DNA of 64,000 bases. Origin: an uncultured Acidobacteriota bacterium. GTDB taxonomy: Bacteria; Acidobacteriota; Thermoanaerobaculia; Multivoradales; UBA5704. This document shows, one piece after another, positions 32,631 to 42,225 of this stretch (positions are counted from its first letter, which is position 1; every line of letters begins with the position of its first letter). The notes below the pieces were generated by a model. That model was not told the origin of the DNA and searched no databases. It worked only from the letters and a program-made list of their open reading frames with translations. The stretch spans positions 5,440,001 through 5,504,000 of the forward strand of contig CAVYRF010000002.1 in assembly GCA_963770895.1 (NCBI GenBank), in the 5' to 3' direction. The translations under genes were made by a program, and so were the position numbers.

Positions 32631-33123
32631 GCGTCTGGTGCGCGCCGGCGATCGCTCGATCGCTCATCGATCGCTCATCCGGCGCCGGAGAGCCTGCGTA
32701 TATAGTGTGGCGCTCATCCCCTTTTTGGGGGATAGGCGTATAGTGGCAGGCAGATTCACTCCGGGATCGGAGGCTCATGGATCGACCAGCTCCTGCATCA
32801 CCAGTCAGTGCGCGCCCGCCCGGCGCCGTCCCCTGGGCGCAGCGCACCTGGGGCCGCAGGTCGTGGGCGATTCCCTGGCCCCGCCCTGGCGAAACAGTCA
32901 CAGAGCTTTTCTCTACCTCAGCAGCTCCCGCCGCCTCGCAAGTCTCCACAAGCTCGGTCGTTCCCACCGCCTCAGCCGTTCGCTCCCCCGCCTCACCAGC
33001 TCCCGCATCCGCCCTGCCCTTCAGGCTGCGCTCGCCGGAGGCTTCATCCGGCACGTTTGTCTGCACGATTCTTGCAGACGCTCCATCCAAGGTCGAAACG
33101 CACACACGCGAAGGAGAAAGCAC

Positions 33124-34179
33124 ATGGCGGCAGCACCCACAGGTCCGGTAAAAAAGGAGCCGGATGATGACGTCGTGGTCCATGTTCTCTGGATGAATGC
33201 TGGGTTGAGTTGCGACGGCGACTCGGTGGCGCTCACCGCCGCAACTCAGCCCAGCGTCGAGGACCTGGCGATGAGAGCCCTGCCGGGGCTCCCGAAGGTT
33301 GCGTTCCACTGGCCCCTGGTCGACTACCAGAACGGCGGTGAATTCCTCGACTGGTTCTTCAAGGCCGCCGCCGGGGAGCTGGACCCCTTCGTGCTGGTGG
33401 TGGAAGGGTCGATCCCCAACGAGGCGATCAAGCAGGAAGGCTACTGGTGCGGCTTCGGCAACAACCCCGATACCGGGCAGCCGATGACCACCAGCGAATG
33501 GCTCGACCGGCTGGCGCCCAAGGCGCTGGGCATCCTTTGCGCCGGCACCTGCGCCACCTACGGCGGCATTCACGCCATGGCCGGCAACCCCACCGGCGCC
33601 ATGGGGGTGCCGGACTACCTGGGCTGGAACTGGAAGTCCAAGGCCGGCCTGCCGATCGTCTGCGTGCCCGGCTGCCCGATTCATCCTGACAACCTTGCCG
33701 AGACCATTTTGTATCTCTTGCACCAGGCCGCCGGCCAGGCGCCGATGATTCCGCTCGACGACAAGCTGCGGCCGACCTGGCTGTTCGGCAACACCGTGCA
33801 CGAAGGGTGCGACCGCGCCGGCTACTACGAGCAGGGCGAATTTGCCGATCACTACGGTTCCAAAAAGTGCCTGGTCAAGCTGGGCTGCTGGGGACCGGTC
33901 GTGAAGTGCAACGTCCCCAAGCGCGGCTGGATCAATGGCGTCGGCGGCTGTCCCAACGTGGGCGGCATCTGCATCGCCTGCACCATGCCGGGTTTCCCCG
34001 ACAAGTTCATGCCGTTCATGGACGAACCGCCCGGTGCCAAGATTTCCACCGCGGCCAGCGGCCTCTACGGTTCGATCATCCGCGGTCTGCGCGGAGTTAC
34101 CCAGCGCACGGTGGACCAGGAGCCCAAGTGGCGCCACCGCGGCACGGAGCTGACCACCGGCTACCAGAAGAATTGGTGA
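33124..34179 (+). CDS. hhyS: Group 1h [NiFe]-hydrogenase small subunit
   Basis: LWMNAGLSCDGDSV, GTCATYGG, PGCP, HEGCDR, CLVKLGCWGP, GGCPNVGGICIACT; no Tat leader. Confidence 0.93.
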   Translation: MAAAPTGPVKKEPDDDVVVHVLWMNAGLSCDGDSVALTAATQPSVEDLAMRALPGLPKVAFHWPLVDYQNGGEFLDWFFKAAAGELDPFVLVVEGSIPNEAIKQEGYWCGFGNNPDTGQPMTTSEWLDRLAPKALGILCAGTCATYGGIHAMAGNPTGAMGVPDYLGWNWKSKAGLPIVCVPGCPIHPDNLAETILYLLHQAAGQAPMIPLDDKLRPTWLFGNTVHEGCDRAGYYEQGEFADHYGSKKCLVKLGCWGPVVKCNVPKRGWINGVGGCPNVGGICIACTMPGFPDKFMPFMDEPPGAKISTAASGLYGSIIRGLRGVTQRTVDQEPKWRHRGTELTTGYQKNW

Positions 34180-34288
34180 GCCGATGTGCAGCCGACCCCA
34201 GCGGCCGGAGCGATCCGGCCGTGCCGACCGCGGCCCGGCGCACGGGCTGTGGAACCCGAATATGGACCGGTAAGGAGGTCGTTTACCA

Positions 34289-36061
34289 ATGCCAACGCAG
34301 ACCGGCAATTCCCAGATCGTCGAGATGAACTGGGACCCGATCACCAGGATCGTCGGCAGTCTCGGGATCTACACCAAGATCGACTTCGGCAAGCGCGAAG
34401 TCGTCGAGTGTCATAGCACGTCATCCATCTTCCGCGGCTACAGCATCTTCATGAAGGGCAAGGACCCGCGCGACGCGCACTTCATCACCAGCCGCATCTG
34501 CGGCATCTGCGGCGACAATCACTGCACCTGCTCGTGCTACGCCCAGCAGATGGCCTACGGCGTCAAGCCGCCGGCCCTGGGAGAGTGGATCGTCAACCTC
34601 GGCGAGGCGGCCGAGTACATGTTCGATCACAACATTTTCCAGGAAAACCTGGTGGGCGTCGACTTCTGCGAAAAGATGGTCAAGGAGACTAACCCCGGCG
34701 TGTGGGAAAAGGCGGCCACCACCGAATGTCCGCATGCCTCGGCGCACGGCTACCGCACGATCGGCGACATCATGCGCTCGCTCAACCCCTTCGAGGGCGA
34801 GTTCTACCGCGAAGCGCTGCAGATGAGCCGCATGACGCGCGAAATGTTCTGCCTGATGGAGGGGCGCCACGTCCACCCCTCGACGCTCTACCCCGGCGGC
34901 GTCGGCACCGTCGCCACCATCCAGCTGCTGACCGACTACATGACGCGGCTGATGAAGTACGTGGAATTCATGAAGCGGGTCGTGCCGATGCACGACGACC
35001 TGTTCGACTTCTTCTACCAGGCCCTGCCGGGCTACGAAAAGGTGGGGGACCGCCGCATCCTGCTCGGCTGCTGGGGGAGCTTCCAGGACCCCGACGTGTG
35101 CAATTTCAACTACCGCGACATGACCGACTGGGGCCGCAAGATGTTCGTCACCCCCGGCGTGGTGGTGGACGGCAAGCTGGTCACCAACGACCTGGTCAAG
35201 ATCAACCTGGGCATCCGCATTTTGCTCGGCAGCTCCTATTACGACGACTGGGAAGGCATGGAAACCTTCGTCAAGCAGGACCCGCTGGGCAACCCGGTGG
35301 ATCGCCGCCATCCGTGGAACCAGCACACCGTGCCCAAGCCGCAGAAGCGCGACTTCGGCGGCAAGTACAGCTGGGTCATGTCGCCGCGCTGGTACGACGG
35401 CAAGGACCACCTGGCGCTCGACACCGGCGGCGGCCCGATCGCGCGGCTGTGGGCGACGGCGCTTTCCGGCCTGGTGGACATCGGCTACGTCAAGGCCACG
35501 GGCAGCAGCGTCGTCATCAACCTGCCGCGGACCGCGCTCAAACCCGAAGCGACGTTTGAGTGGAAGATACCGAAATGGAGCAACACCATCGAACGTGACC
35601 GCGCGCGCACGTACTTCCAGGCCTATGCCGCGGGGTGCGCCCTGCACTTCATGGAAAAGGCGCTGGCGGAAGTGCGGGCCGGCCGCACCAAGACCTGGGA
35701 GCCGTTCGAGGTTCCCAAGGACGCCATCGGCTGCGGCTTCACCGAGGCGGTGCGCGGCGTGCTGTCCCATCACGTGGTCATCCGCGACGGCAAGATCGCC
35801 AACTACCATCCCTATCCGCCGACTCCCTGGAACGCCAACCCGCGCGACAGCTACGGCACGCCGGGCCCGTACGAAGACGCGGTCCAGGGCCAGCCGATCT
35901 TCGAGGAAAATCCGCCCGACAAGTTCAAGGGCATCGACGTGATGCGGACGGTGCGCAGCTTCGATCCCTGCCTGCCCTGCGGCGTGCACATGCACCTCGG
36001 CAAGGGCAAGGTGCTGGAGCGCCGCCACTCGCCAATCCTGCCGGTGCACGAGGAGGTGTAG
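34289..36061 (+). CDS. hhyL: Group 1h [NiFe]-hydrogenase large subunit
   Basis: WDPITRIVGSL; L1 TSRICGICGDNH; L2 SFDPCLPCGVH; cleavable C-terminal tail. Confidence 0.95.
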   Translation: MPTQTGNSQIVEMNWDPITRIVGSLGIYTKIDFGKREVVECHSTSSIFRGYSIFMKGKDPRDAHFITSRICGICGDNHCTCSCYAQQMAYGVKPPALGEWIVNLGEAAEYMFDHNIFQENLVGVDFCEKMVKETNPGVWEKAATTECPHASAHGYRTIGDIMRSLNPFEGEFYREALQMSRMTREMFCLMEGRHVHPSTLYPGGVGTVATIQLLTDYMTRLMKYVEFMKRVVPMHDDLFDFFYQALPGYEKVGDRRILLGCWGSFQDPDVCNFNYRDMTDWGRKMFVTPGVVVDGKLVTNDLVKINLGIRILLGSSYYDDWEGMETFVKQDPLGNPVDRRHPWNQHTVPKPQKRDFGGKYSWVMSPRWYDGKDHLALDTGGGPIARLWATALSGLVDIGYVKATGSSVVINLPRTALKPEATFEWKIPKWSNTIERDRARTYFQAYAAGCALHFMEKALAEVRAGRTKTWEPFEVPKDAIGCGFTEAVRGVLSHHVVIRDGKIANYHPYPPTPWNANPRDSYGTPGPYEDAVQGQPIFEENPPDKFKGIDVMRTVRSFDPCLPCGVHMHLGKGKVLERRHSPILPVHEEV

Positions 36062-36257
36062 CGTCCACGCGACCGGTGGGCAGGGCCGCCGAGTCGTCGC
36101 CGCAGGCTTCTGCACGCCGGCGTCCGCGCTTCCCCGACCGGGAGCGCGGCCGCCGGCGCGATCGCAGGGCGGCGGCGGCGGTGCCACCGGTGTATGGTGG
36201 CGGCATGGGCCGTGAGCGGCGGGCGGCGCAGACCAGAGCTGGCGGAGGGGTGAGGCG

Positions 36258-36998
36258 ATGAGCAACGGTAAGAACCTGCGGGTGGTGGCAGATCGCGTCG
36301 AGGTCCTGATGGGAGAGATCGGCCGCGAAGCCGCCCCCGCGGTGCGCGACAAGTGCGATGAGCTGGTGCGGTCGCTGATGGATCTGTACGGGGCGGGCCT
36401 GGGCCGGCTGCTTGAAATCGTTGCCGGGTCGCCGTCGCCGGTCGCGAACCCCGCGGCCGCGGCGAGCCCTGGGACTGCGGCGAATTCTGCGACTCCTGCG
36501 GACGCCAGGCTTGCCGGGATGCCCGAGGAGCTGATCGAGCGCCTGGCAGACGACGACCTGGTCGCCAGCCTGCTGGTGCTGCACGGATTGCACCCCTGGA
36601 ACCTGGAGCGCCGCATCGATCGGGCGCTCGCGCGGGTGCGGCCCTTCCTGGGCACGCACGCCGGGGACGTCCATCTGCTCGGGGTCCAGGACGGCGTGGT
36701 GCGCCTGCGGCTTGCCGGCAGCTGCAACGGCTGCCCCTCGTCGGCGGTGACCATGGAGCTTTCGATCCGCACCGCCATCCTGGAAGCCGCGCCGGAGGTG
36801 ACGGACATCCAGGTGGAGGGGCTGGCGCCGGAAGCCGCCGCCCACGACGCGGAGGCGGTGGCGTCGCGGCTGGTGCAGATTGAGGGCATCACCGGCCGCG
36901 CCGCCGCGACGCTGGACTGCCCGGTGCCGGGCGCCGCCGTGGTCGGTGGATCGCTGGCGCAGGCAGGCGACCAGGCAGAGGCGCCGGCCCATGGCTGA
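36258..36998 (+). CDS. NifU-like Fe-S assembly protein of the hydrogenase cluster
   Basis: LLVLHGLHP, VRPFLGTHAGDV, GSCNGCPSS. Confidence 0.88.
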   Translation: MSNGKNLRVVADRVEVLMGEIGREAAPAVRDKCDELVRSLMDLYGAGLGRLLEIVAGSPSPVANPAAAASPGTAANSATPADARLAGMPEELIERLADDDLVASLLVLHGLHPWNLERRIDRALARVRPFLGTHAGDVHLLGVQDGVVRLRLAGSCNGCPSSAVTMELSIRTAILEAAPEVTDIQVEGLAPEAAAHDAEAVASRLVQIEGITGRAAATLDCPVPGAAVVGGSLAQAGDQAEAPAHG

Positions 36999-37881
36999 CG
37001 GCCCCGCGGAGGATCTGCCGCCGGCGGCGCCGGCCCCGGTTCCGGCTGTCAGCGGCTTCGAGCGGCTGCGGCGCCTGATGCAGCAGCCTGCGCCGGCACG
37101 GCCGGACGGCGCATCGCCGGCGGCTGTCGCCGGCACCTCTGGCGCCGGCAGCGCCGGTGTCGCCGGGACCACCGGCAGCGTTGGGAGCACCGGTGTCGCC
37201 GGGACTGCCGGCGCCGCCTCGCAGGTTCCCGAACGGTGCGACTTCTGCGACGTGCCGATCCCCGAAGAGCACCCGCACGTGGTGGACATGGAGAAGCGCA
37301 GCCTGCTGTGCGCCTGCCGCCCGTGCTACCTGGTGTTCGCTCCCGAGGGCGCCGCCGGCGGCCGCTACCGGGCGGTGCCACAGGTGTGCAAGGCGGCGCC
37401 GGGCCTGGCGCTGACCGACGCGCTGTGGGATGAGCTGCAGATCCCGATCGACATCGCCTTTTTCTTCATCAACTCGGCGGCCGGCCAGACCGTGGCGTTC
37501 TATCCCAGTCCGGGCGGCGCCACCGAGTCGCTGCTGCCGCTGGCCAGCTGGGACCGGCTGGTGGAGGCAAGCCCCGAGCTGCTGGGCGGCCTGAGCCCCG
37601 ACGTCGAGGCGCTGCTGGTCTACCGGCATGCGCCGGGCCGGCACCAGGGGGGAGAGCCCGCCGCGCTGCTGTCGCCCCCGCCGGCCGCCGCGCCGTCCGC
37701 GCCGCCCGGCGAGCCGGCGCCGGTCACGTTCGAGTGCTACATCGTGTCGATCGACGCCTGCTATGAGCTGGTGGGGCGCATCCGGCGCTCCTGGAAGGGT
37801 TTCCACGGCGGCACCGAGGCCTGGCAGGCGATCGGCGAATTCTTTGCCGCCTTGCGCCAGCGCAGCGGGGCAGCGCGGTGA
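36991..37881 (+). CDS. Hydrogenase-associated conserved protein (DUF5947-like)
   Basis: ERCDFC...H.H...LLCACRPC; FYPSPGGATES; IDACYELVG...WKGFHGG. Confidence 0.8.
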   Translation: MADGPAEDLPPAAPAPVPAVSGFERLRRLMQQPAPARPDGASPAAVAGTSGAGSAGVAGTTGSVGSTGVAGTAGAASQVPERCDFCDVPIPEEHPHVVDMEKRSLLCACRPCYLVFAPEGAAGGRYRAVPQVCKAAPGLALTDALWDELQIPIDIAFFFINSAAGQTVAFYPSPGGATESLLPLASWDRLVEASPELLGGLSPDVEALLVYRHAPGRHQGGEPAALLSPPPAAAPSAPPGEPAPVTFECYIVSIDACYELVGRIRRSWKGFHGGTEAWQAIGEFFAALRQRSGAAR

Positions 37882-38630
37882 GCAAACTGTCGTTCTCGGT
37901 CGTCGGCGCGCGCTCCGAACCGTACGCCGCGGTGCCGACGGTGACGTTCAGGCTGCGGGTGGCGGAGTCGACCGGCGAGCGCATCCACGCCATCGCGTTG
38001 CGCTGCCAGGTGCAGATCGAGCCGCGCCGGCGCCTGTACACGCCGGCCGAAAAAGAGCAGCTGCTGGAGCTGTTCGGCGAGCCCGAGCGGTGGGGTGAAA
38101 CGCTGCGCTCGGTTTTGTGGGCGCAGGTGCCGCTGATGGTCCCCGGCTTCGAAGGCAGCGTTGAAGTCGACCTGCCGATGACCTGCACCTACGATTTCGA
38201 AGTGACGGCGGCCAAGTATTTTGCCGCGCTCGCGGGGGGCGAGATCCCGCTGCTGCTGCTGTTCAGCGGCACGGTGTTCCTCAAGGGGCAGCAGGCCTGG
38301 AGCGTCGAGCAGGTGTCGTGGGAGCTGGAGGCTCCCTTCCGGTTGCCGGTCAGCATCTGGCGCGAGACGATGGACCGCTACTTCCCCGGCAGCGCCTGGC
38401 TGCGGCTGCGGCGGGAATCCTACGACGCGCTGGTGCGCTTCAAGGCCCGCCGCGCCCTGCCCACCTGGGAGGAAACCGTCGCCGTGCTGCTCGCCGCGGC
38501 GGGCGCCGACGGTGGCCATGGCACCGATACCGCCGATGCGACCGACGCGACCGGCGCCGCCGATGCAGGCGACGCCGGCGAGCGTGCCGCCGACCGCGGC
38601 GACGACGCGGAAGGGGGCCTGCCGTCATGA
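37878..38630 (+). CDS. Hydrogenase-associated conserved protein (DUF6084-like)
   Basis: LRCQVQIEP, LFGEPERWG, CTYDFEV, LLFSGTVF. Confidence 0.8.
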   Translation: MSKLSFSVVGARSEPYAAVPTVTFRLRVAESTGERIHAIALRCQVQIEPRRRLYTPAEKEQLLELFGEPERWGETLRSVLWAQVPLMVPGFEGSVEVDLPMTCTYDFEVTAAKYFAALAGGEIPLLLLFSGTVFLKGQQAWSVEQVSWELEAPFRLPVSIWRETMDRYFPGSAWLRLRRESYDALVRFKARRALPTWEETVAVLLAAAGADGGHGTDTADATDATGAADAGDAGERAADRGDDAEGGLPS

Positions 38631-40180
38631 GCTTCGAGCTGGCCCGCCGGGTGGCCGACGCCGTGCTGTACGAGGGCTACGTCCTCTATCCCTATCGCGC
38701 CTCGGCGGCGAAGAACCGGGTGCGCTGGCAGTTCGGCGTCGTGGCGCCCAGGGATTGCGGCGACGCCAGCGGCGGCGATCCTGTTTTCCAGCAGACGGAG
38801 GTGCTGGTGGCACCGCCGGCGCCGCACCCCGCGGGCAGCGGCGGCCCCGGTCCCGCCACCGAACCCTCGCTCTCCTCCAATATCGAGATCGACCTGCGGG
38901 TGCGCTTCCTCCAGGTGCAGGTCCGCACCATTCAGGTGCTGGCTGCAGACACGGGCGAGTACCAGCCGGTCGAACGCCTGGAGGTGAACGGCCAGACGCT
39001 GATCACCTGGGAAGAGGCCTTCGAGCAGGAGGTGGACTGGCCGGGCCTGCGCCTGGACGACCTGCTGGCGGAGCCGCGCCAGCTGGCGTTCCAGGTCGCC
39101 GGCGGCATCGACGTCGAGCCGGTGGCGACCGACGACCAGGCGGCGCCGGTGCGGGTGGTGCGGCAACGCTGGCCGCTGGCGGGGGTGGTGCGCGCCGCGG
39201 CGTTCCGCGCTGACGACGGTGGGGCCGGCGACGGTACCGGCGCAGGCGGCCTGGTGCGGCTGCAGGTGCGGCTGGAGAATCACACCCCCTGGGACCTGCC
39301 CGCCGGCGCCGGCCGCGACCAGACGACGCGCCGCTCGCTGATCGGCGCTCACACCCTGCTGGCGGTGCGGGGCGGGGAGTTTGCGTCCGCCACCGATCCG
39401 CCGGCCGCGGCGGCCGCGCTGCCGTGTGCCAACCTGCACACCTGGCCGGTGCTGATCGGCGAAGGGCGCCGCGACCTGATGCTGTCGTCGCCGATCATCC
39501 TGAGCGACTACCCCGAGGTGGCGCCGGAGAGCCCCGGCGACCTCTATGACTCGACCGAGATCGACGAGATCCTGACCCTGCGCGTGATGACCCTGACCGA
39601 TGCCGAAAAGCAGGAAGCGCGGGCGACGGACGCGCGTTCCCGCGCGGTGATCGAGCGCTCCGACGCGATCCCGTCGGAGATCTTCGAGCGGCTGCACGGA
39701 GCCATCCGCTACCTGGGCGGCAACCCGCAGGCCGCGCCGCCGGCGGCGCCGGCGACGGGCAGCGCCCCCGCGACGGCACCGGCCGCGGCGCCCGCGGTCG
39801 CGGCGCCGGCGCCGCAGGGGCGGGGTGCGGCTCCCTCGCCGGCGATCGCCGACGCGCTCGCGACCTGGCTGGCCGAAGAGGGCGGCGGCGAAGATGCCGC
39901 GGTCGCCACGGTCGAGGTCGGCGGCGTGCAGATCGGCAAGGGCGCGTCCGTGGTGCTGCGGCCGCGCCGGCGCGCCGACGCCATGGACATGTTCATGGAG
40001 GGCCGCAGCGCGCGCGTCGAGGGCGTGTTCCGCGACGTGGACGGCGCGACGTACGTGGCGGTGACGTTGGAGGACGACCCTGCCGGCGAGCTGCACAGCT
40101 GGTACGGGCGCTATTTCTACTTCTACCCGGAGGAGATCGAACCCGTTCCGTCCAGCGCCGGGAGCCGGCTGGAACGGTAG
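38627..40180 (+). CDS. Hydrogenase-associated conserved hypothetical protein
   Basis: ADAVLYEGYVLYPYRAS, RWQFG, LSSPIILSDYP, DSTEIDEIL, C-terminal YFYFYPEEIEP; coupled by an ATGA overlap. Confidence 0.8.
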   Translation: MSFELARRVADAVLYEGYVLYPYRASAAKNRVRWQFGVVAPRDCGDASGGDPVFQQTEVLVAPPAPHPAGSGGPGPATEPSLSSNIEIDLRVRFLQVQVRTIQVLAADTGEYQPVERLEVNGQTLITWEEAFEQEVDWPGLRLDDLLAEPRQLAFQVAGGIDVEPVATDDQAAPVRVVRQRWPLAGVVRAAAFRADDGGAGDGTGAGGLVRLQVRLENHTPWDLPAGAGRDQTTRRSLIGAHTLLAVRGGEFASATDPPAAAAALPCANLHTWPVLIGEGRRDLMLSSPIILSDYPEVAPESPGDLYDSTEIDEILTLRVMTLTDAEKQEARATDARSRAVIERSDAIPSEIFERLHGAIRYLGGNPQAAPPAAPATGSAPATAPAAAPAVAAPAPQGRGAAPSPAIADALATWLAEEGGGEDAAVATVEVGGVQIGKGASVVLRPRRRADAMDMFMEGRSARVEGVFRDVDGATYVAVTLEDDPAGELHSWYGRYFYFYPEEIEPVPSSAGSRLER

Positions 40181-40198
40181 CAGGAAAGGAGTGTTCAC

Positions 40199-40300
40199 AT
40201 GGGGCGCATACTTGGGATTCTGGCAACGGTGTTGGTGGCGCTGCTGGTCGTCGCCGCGTTGCCGGATATTGCCCGCTACGTCAAGATCAAGGCGATGTGA
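40199..40300 (+). CDS. 33-aa single-TM microprotein (DUF6893-like)
   Basis: RBS AAGGAG; MGRILGILATVLVALLVVAALPDIARYVKIKAM*. Confidence 0.8.
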   Translation: MGRILGILATVLVALLVVAALPDIARYVKIKAM

Positions 40301-40842
40301 CAGCCTTGCCGGAATCGATGGAAGCAACGTCCGCATCGCGGCCCGCCGCCGGCGGCGTCCTGATCGCCGGAGTCGGCAACATCTTCCTGGGCGACGACGG
40401 CTTCGGGGTGGAGGTGGCGCAGCGGCTGGTGCGGCAGCAGCTGCCGGCGGGCGTGCAGGTGGCGGATTTCGGCATCCGCGCCCTGCACCTTGCCTACGAG
40501 CTGCTCGACGGCGGCTACGGCACGACGATCCTGGTGGACGCCACCTCGCGCGGCGAGGCGCCGGGGACGGTCTACCTGATCGAACCGGACCTGTCCGACC
40601 TGAACGCCGGGGCGACGGACCCCGAGGGGCTCACCAACGCGCACGGCGTGACGCCGGACTCGGTGTTCCGGCTGCTCGCCTCGCTGGGCGGCAAGCCGGG
40701 GCGCGTGCTGATCGTCGGCTGCGAGCCGGACTCGATCGAAGAGCGGATGGGGCTGAGCGAAACGGTCGACAAGGCGGTGGATGAAGCGGTGGCACTGATC
40801 CTGGACCTGCTGCAAAGGGACGGCGCCGCCTTGACCGGTTAG
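40297..40842 (+). CDS. Hydrogenase maturation endopeptidase
   Basis: GVGNIFLGDDGFG, ILVDA, AHG, IVGCEP. Confidence 0.92.
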   Translation: MTALPESMEATSASRPAAGGVLIAGVGNIFLGDDGFGVEVAQRLVRQQLPAGVQVADFGIRALHLAYELLDGGYGTTILVDATSRGEAPGTVYLIEPDLSDLNAGATDPEGLTNAHGVTPDSVFRLLASLGGKPGRVLIVGCEPDSIEERMGLSETVDKAVDEAVALILDLLQRDGAALTG

Positions 40843-40874
40843 CAACACCGTACGACACACAAGGAGGATTGCTC

Positions 40875-40982
40875 ATGGACTGGTGGCAATGGGTGCTGAT
40901 CGTGATCGGTCTCGGCGTGGTCTTGGTCGTGGTGATGAGCAGCGGCGACATCGCGCGCTACATCAAGATCAAGAACATGTAA
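40875..40982 (+). CDS. 35-aa single-TM microprotein, paralog of 40199-40300
   Basis: RBS AAGGAGG; MDWWQWVLIVIGLGVVLVVVMSSGDIARYIKIKNM*. Confidence 0.8.
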   Translation: MDWWQWVLIVIGLGVVLVVVMSSGDIARYIKIKNM

Positions 40983-41004
40983 TGCGGACCCCGACAGACG
41001 CGCG

Positions 41005-41877
41005 ATGAATTCGATCCTGATCCTGGGGTTTCTGATCGGCATGCGCCATGCCTTGGAGGCCGACCACCTGGCGGCGGTGGCCTCGATGGCCAGCGGTCAG
41101 ACCAGTCTGCGCTGGGCCGCTTTCCGCGGCGCGGTCTGGGGCATGGGCCACACCCTGACGCTGCTGCTGGTGGGCGGCGCCTGCCTGGTGCTGCGCGCCG
41201 CGGTGCCGCCGCGCCTCGCCCACCTGGCGGAAGCGGCGGTAGGGGTCATGCTGCTGGTTCTGGGCGCACAGGTGTTCTGGCGCATGCGGCGGCAGCGGGT
41301 GCACCTGCACGTCCACCGTCACCACGACGGCACGGTGCACCTGCACGCCCACAGCCACGCCCCTGACGTCGCGCACCCGGAGGAAGGCGATCACGCGCCG
41401 GCGGCGACCCTGGCGCAGCAGCCGCTGCTGGCTCCGTTGCCGACGAGTGTCGTGGCGGATGCGCCCGCCGCACCGCCGGCGCACGTGCATGTTCATGCCC
41501 ATGCCCATGCCCACGGCGAACCGCACCGGCCGCATTCGGCGGTGCCGCACGTCCATGCGCATCCGGCGGGTTTTCCGCGCCGCGCCCTGCTGGTGGGGAC
41601 GGTGCACGGCCTGGCGGGGTCGGGCGCCCTGCTGCTGCTGACCCTGCAAACGGTGGGTTCGGTGTGGTTGGGGATCGGCTATATCCTGGTGTTCGGCGCC
41701 GGATCGATCCTGGGCATGGCCGCGTTGTCGACGGTGATGAGCGTGCCGCTGCGCGCCTCGGCGCGCTTCCTGACCGGCGCCTATGGTCTGCTGGAGGTGG
41801 TCATCGGCGCCACCACGATGGCGCTCGGCGCCTGGATCCTGTATCAGAACCTGTGGGGGGCCGGCACCGCCGGATGA
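41005..41877 (+). CDS. UreH/NiCoT-like nickel permease with His-rich loop
   Basis: GMRHALEADHLAAV, WGMGHT, HxHxH tracts, GTVHGLAGSG. Confidence 0.88.
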   Translation: MNSILILGFLIGMRHALEADHLAAVASMASGQTSLRWAAFRGAVWGMGHTLTLLLVGGACLVLRAAVPPRLAHLAEAAVGVMLLVLGAQVFWRMRRQRVHLHVHRHHDGTVHLHAHSHAPDVAHPEEGDHAPAATLAQQPLLAPLPTSVVADAPAAPPAHVHVHAHAHAHGEPHRPHSAVPHVHAHPAGFPRRALLVGTVHGLAGSGALLLLTLQTVGSVWLGIGYILVFGAGSILGMAALSTVMSVPLRASARFLTGAYGLLEVVIGATTMALGAWILYQNLWGAGTAG

Positions 41878-41939
41878 TGCCACTTCGCAGGGCCTCGCAA
41901 ACCCGCGGCCTGCGACAGAACGCAAGAAGGGAATCGACC

Positions 41940-42209
41940 ATGTGCCTAGCCATCCCCGGCAAGATCCTGGAGTTCGTGGAGCCCGCGCGCCAGCTGGCGG
42001 TCGTCGAAGTGTCCGGCGTGCGGCGTAAGATCAACGTCGACCTGCTCAACGACGCCCCCCTGGACCCCGGCGACTGGGTGCTGATCCACGTCGGTTTCGC
42101 GATGAGCAAGATCAGCGTCGAGCAGGCGGAGGAGCAGATGCGGCTCCTGGCGATGCTGGGAGAGGACAGCCAGGCGATGGAAGAGCTGCAAGGGTACAAG
42201 TTCTCATGA
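41940..42209 (+). CDS. hypC: Hydrogenase maturation chaperone HypC
   Basis: MCLAIPG; GDWVLIHVGFA. Confidence 0.95.
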   Translation: MCLAIPGKILEFVEPARQLAVVEVSGVRRKINVDLLNDAPLDPGDWVLIHVGFAMSKISVEQAEEQMRLLAMLGEDSQAMEELQGYKFS

Positions 42210-42225
42210 CGGCGGGAGGTGACGC

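Noticed and set aside
32491-33123. N-terminal 211-aa extension of the hydrogenase small subunit
   Set aside because: A good RBS (AAGGAG) precedes the ATG at 33124, and the upstream translation is non-protein-like
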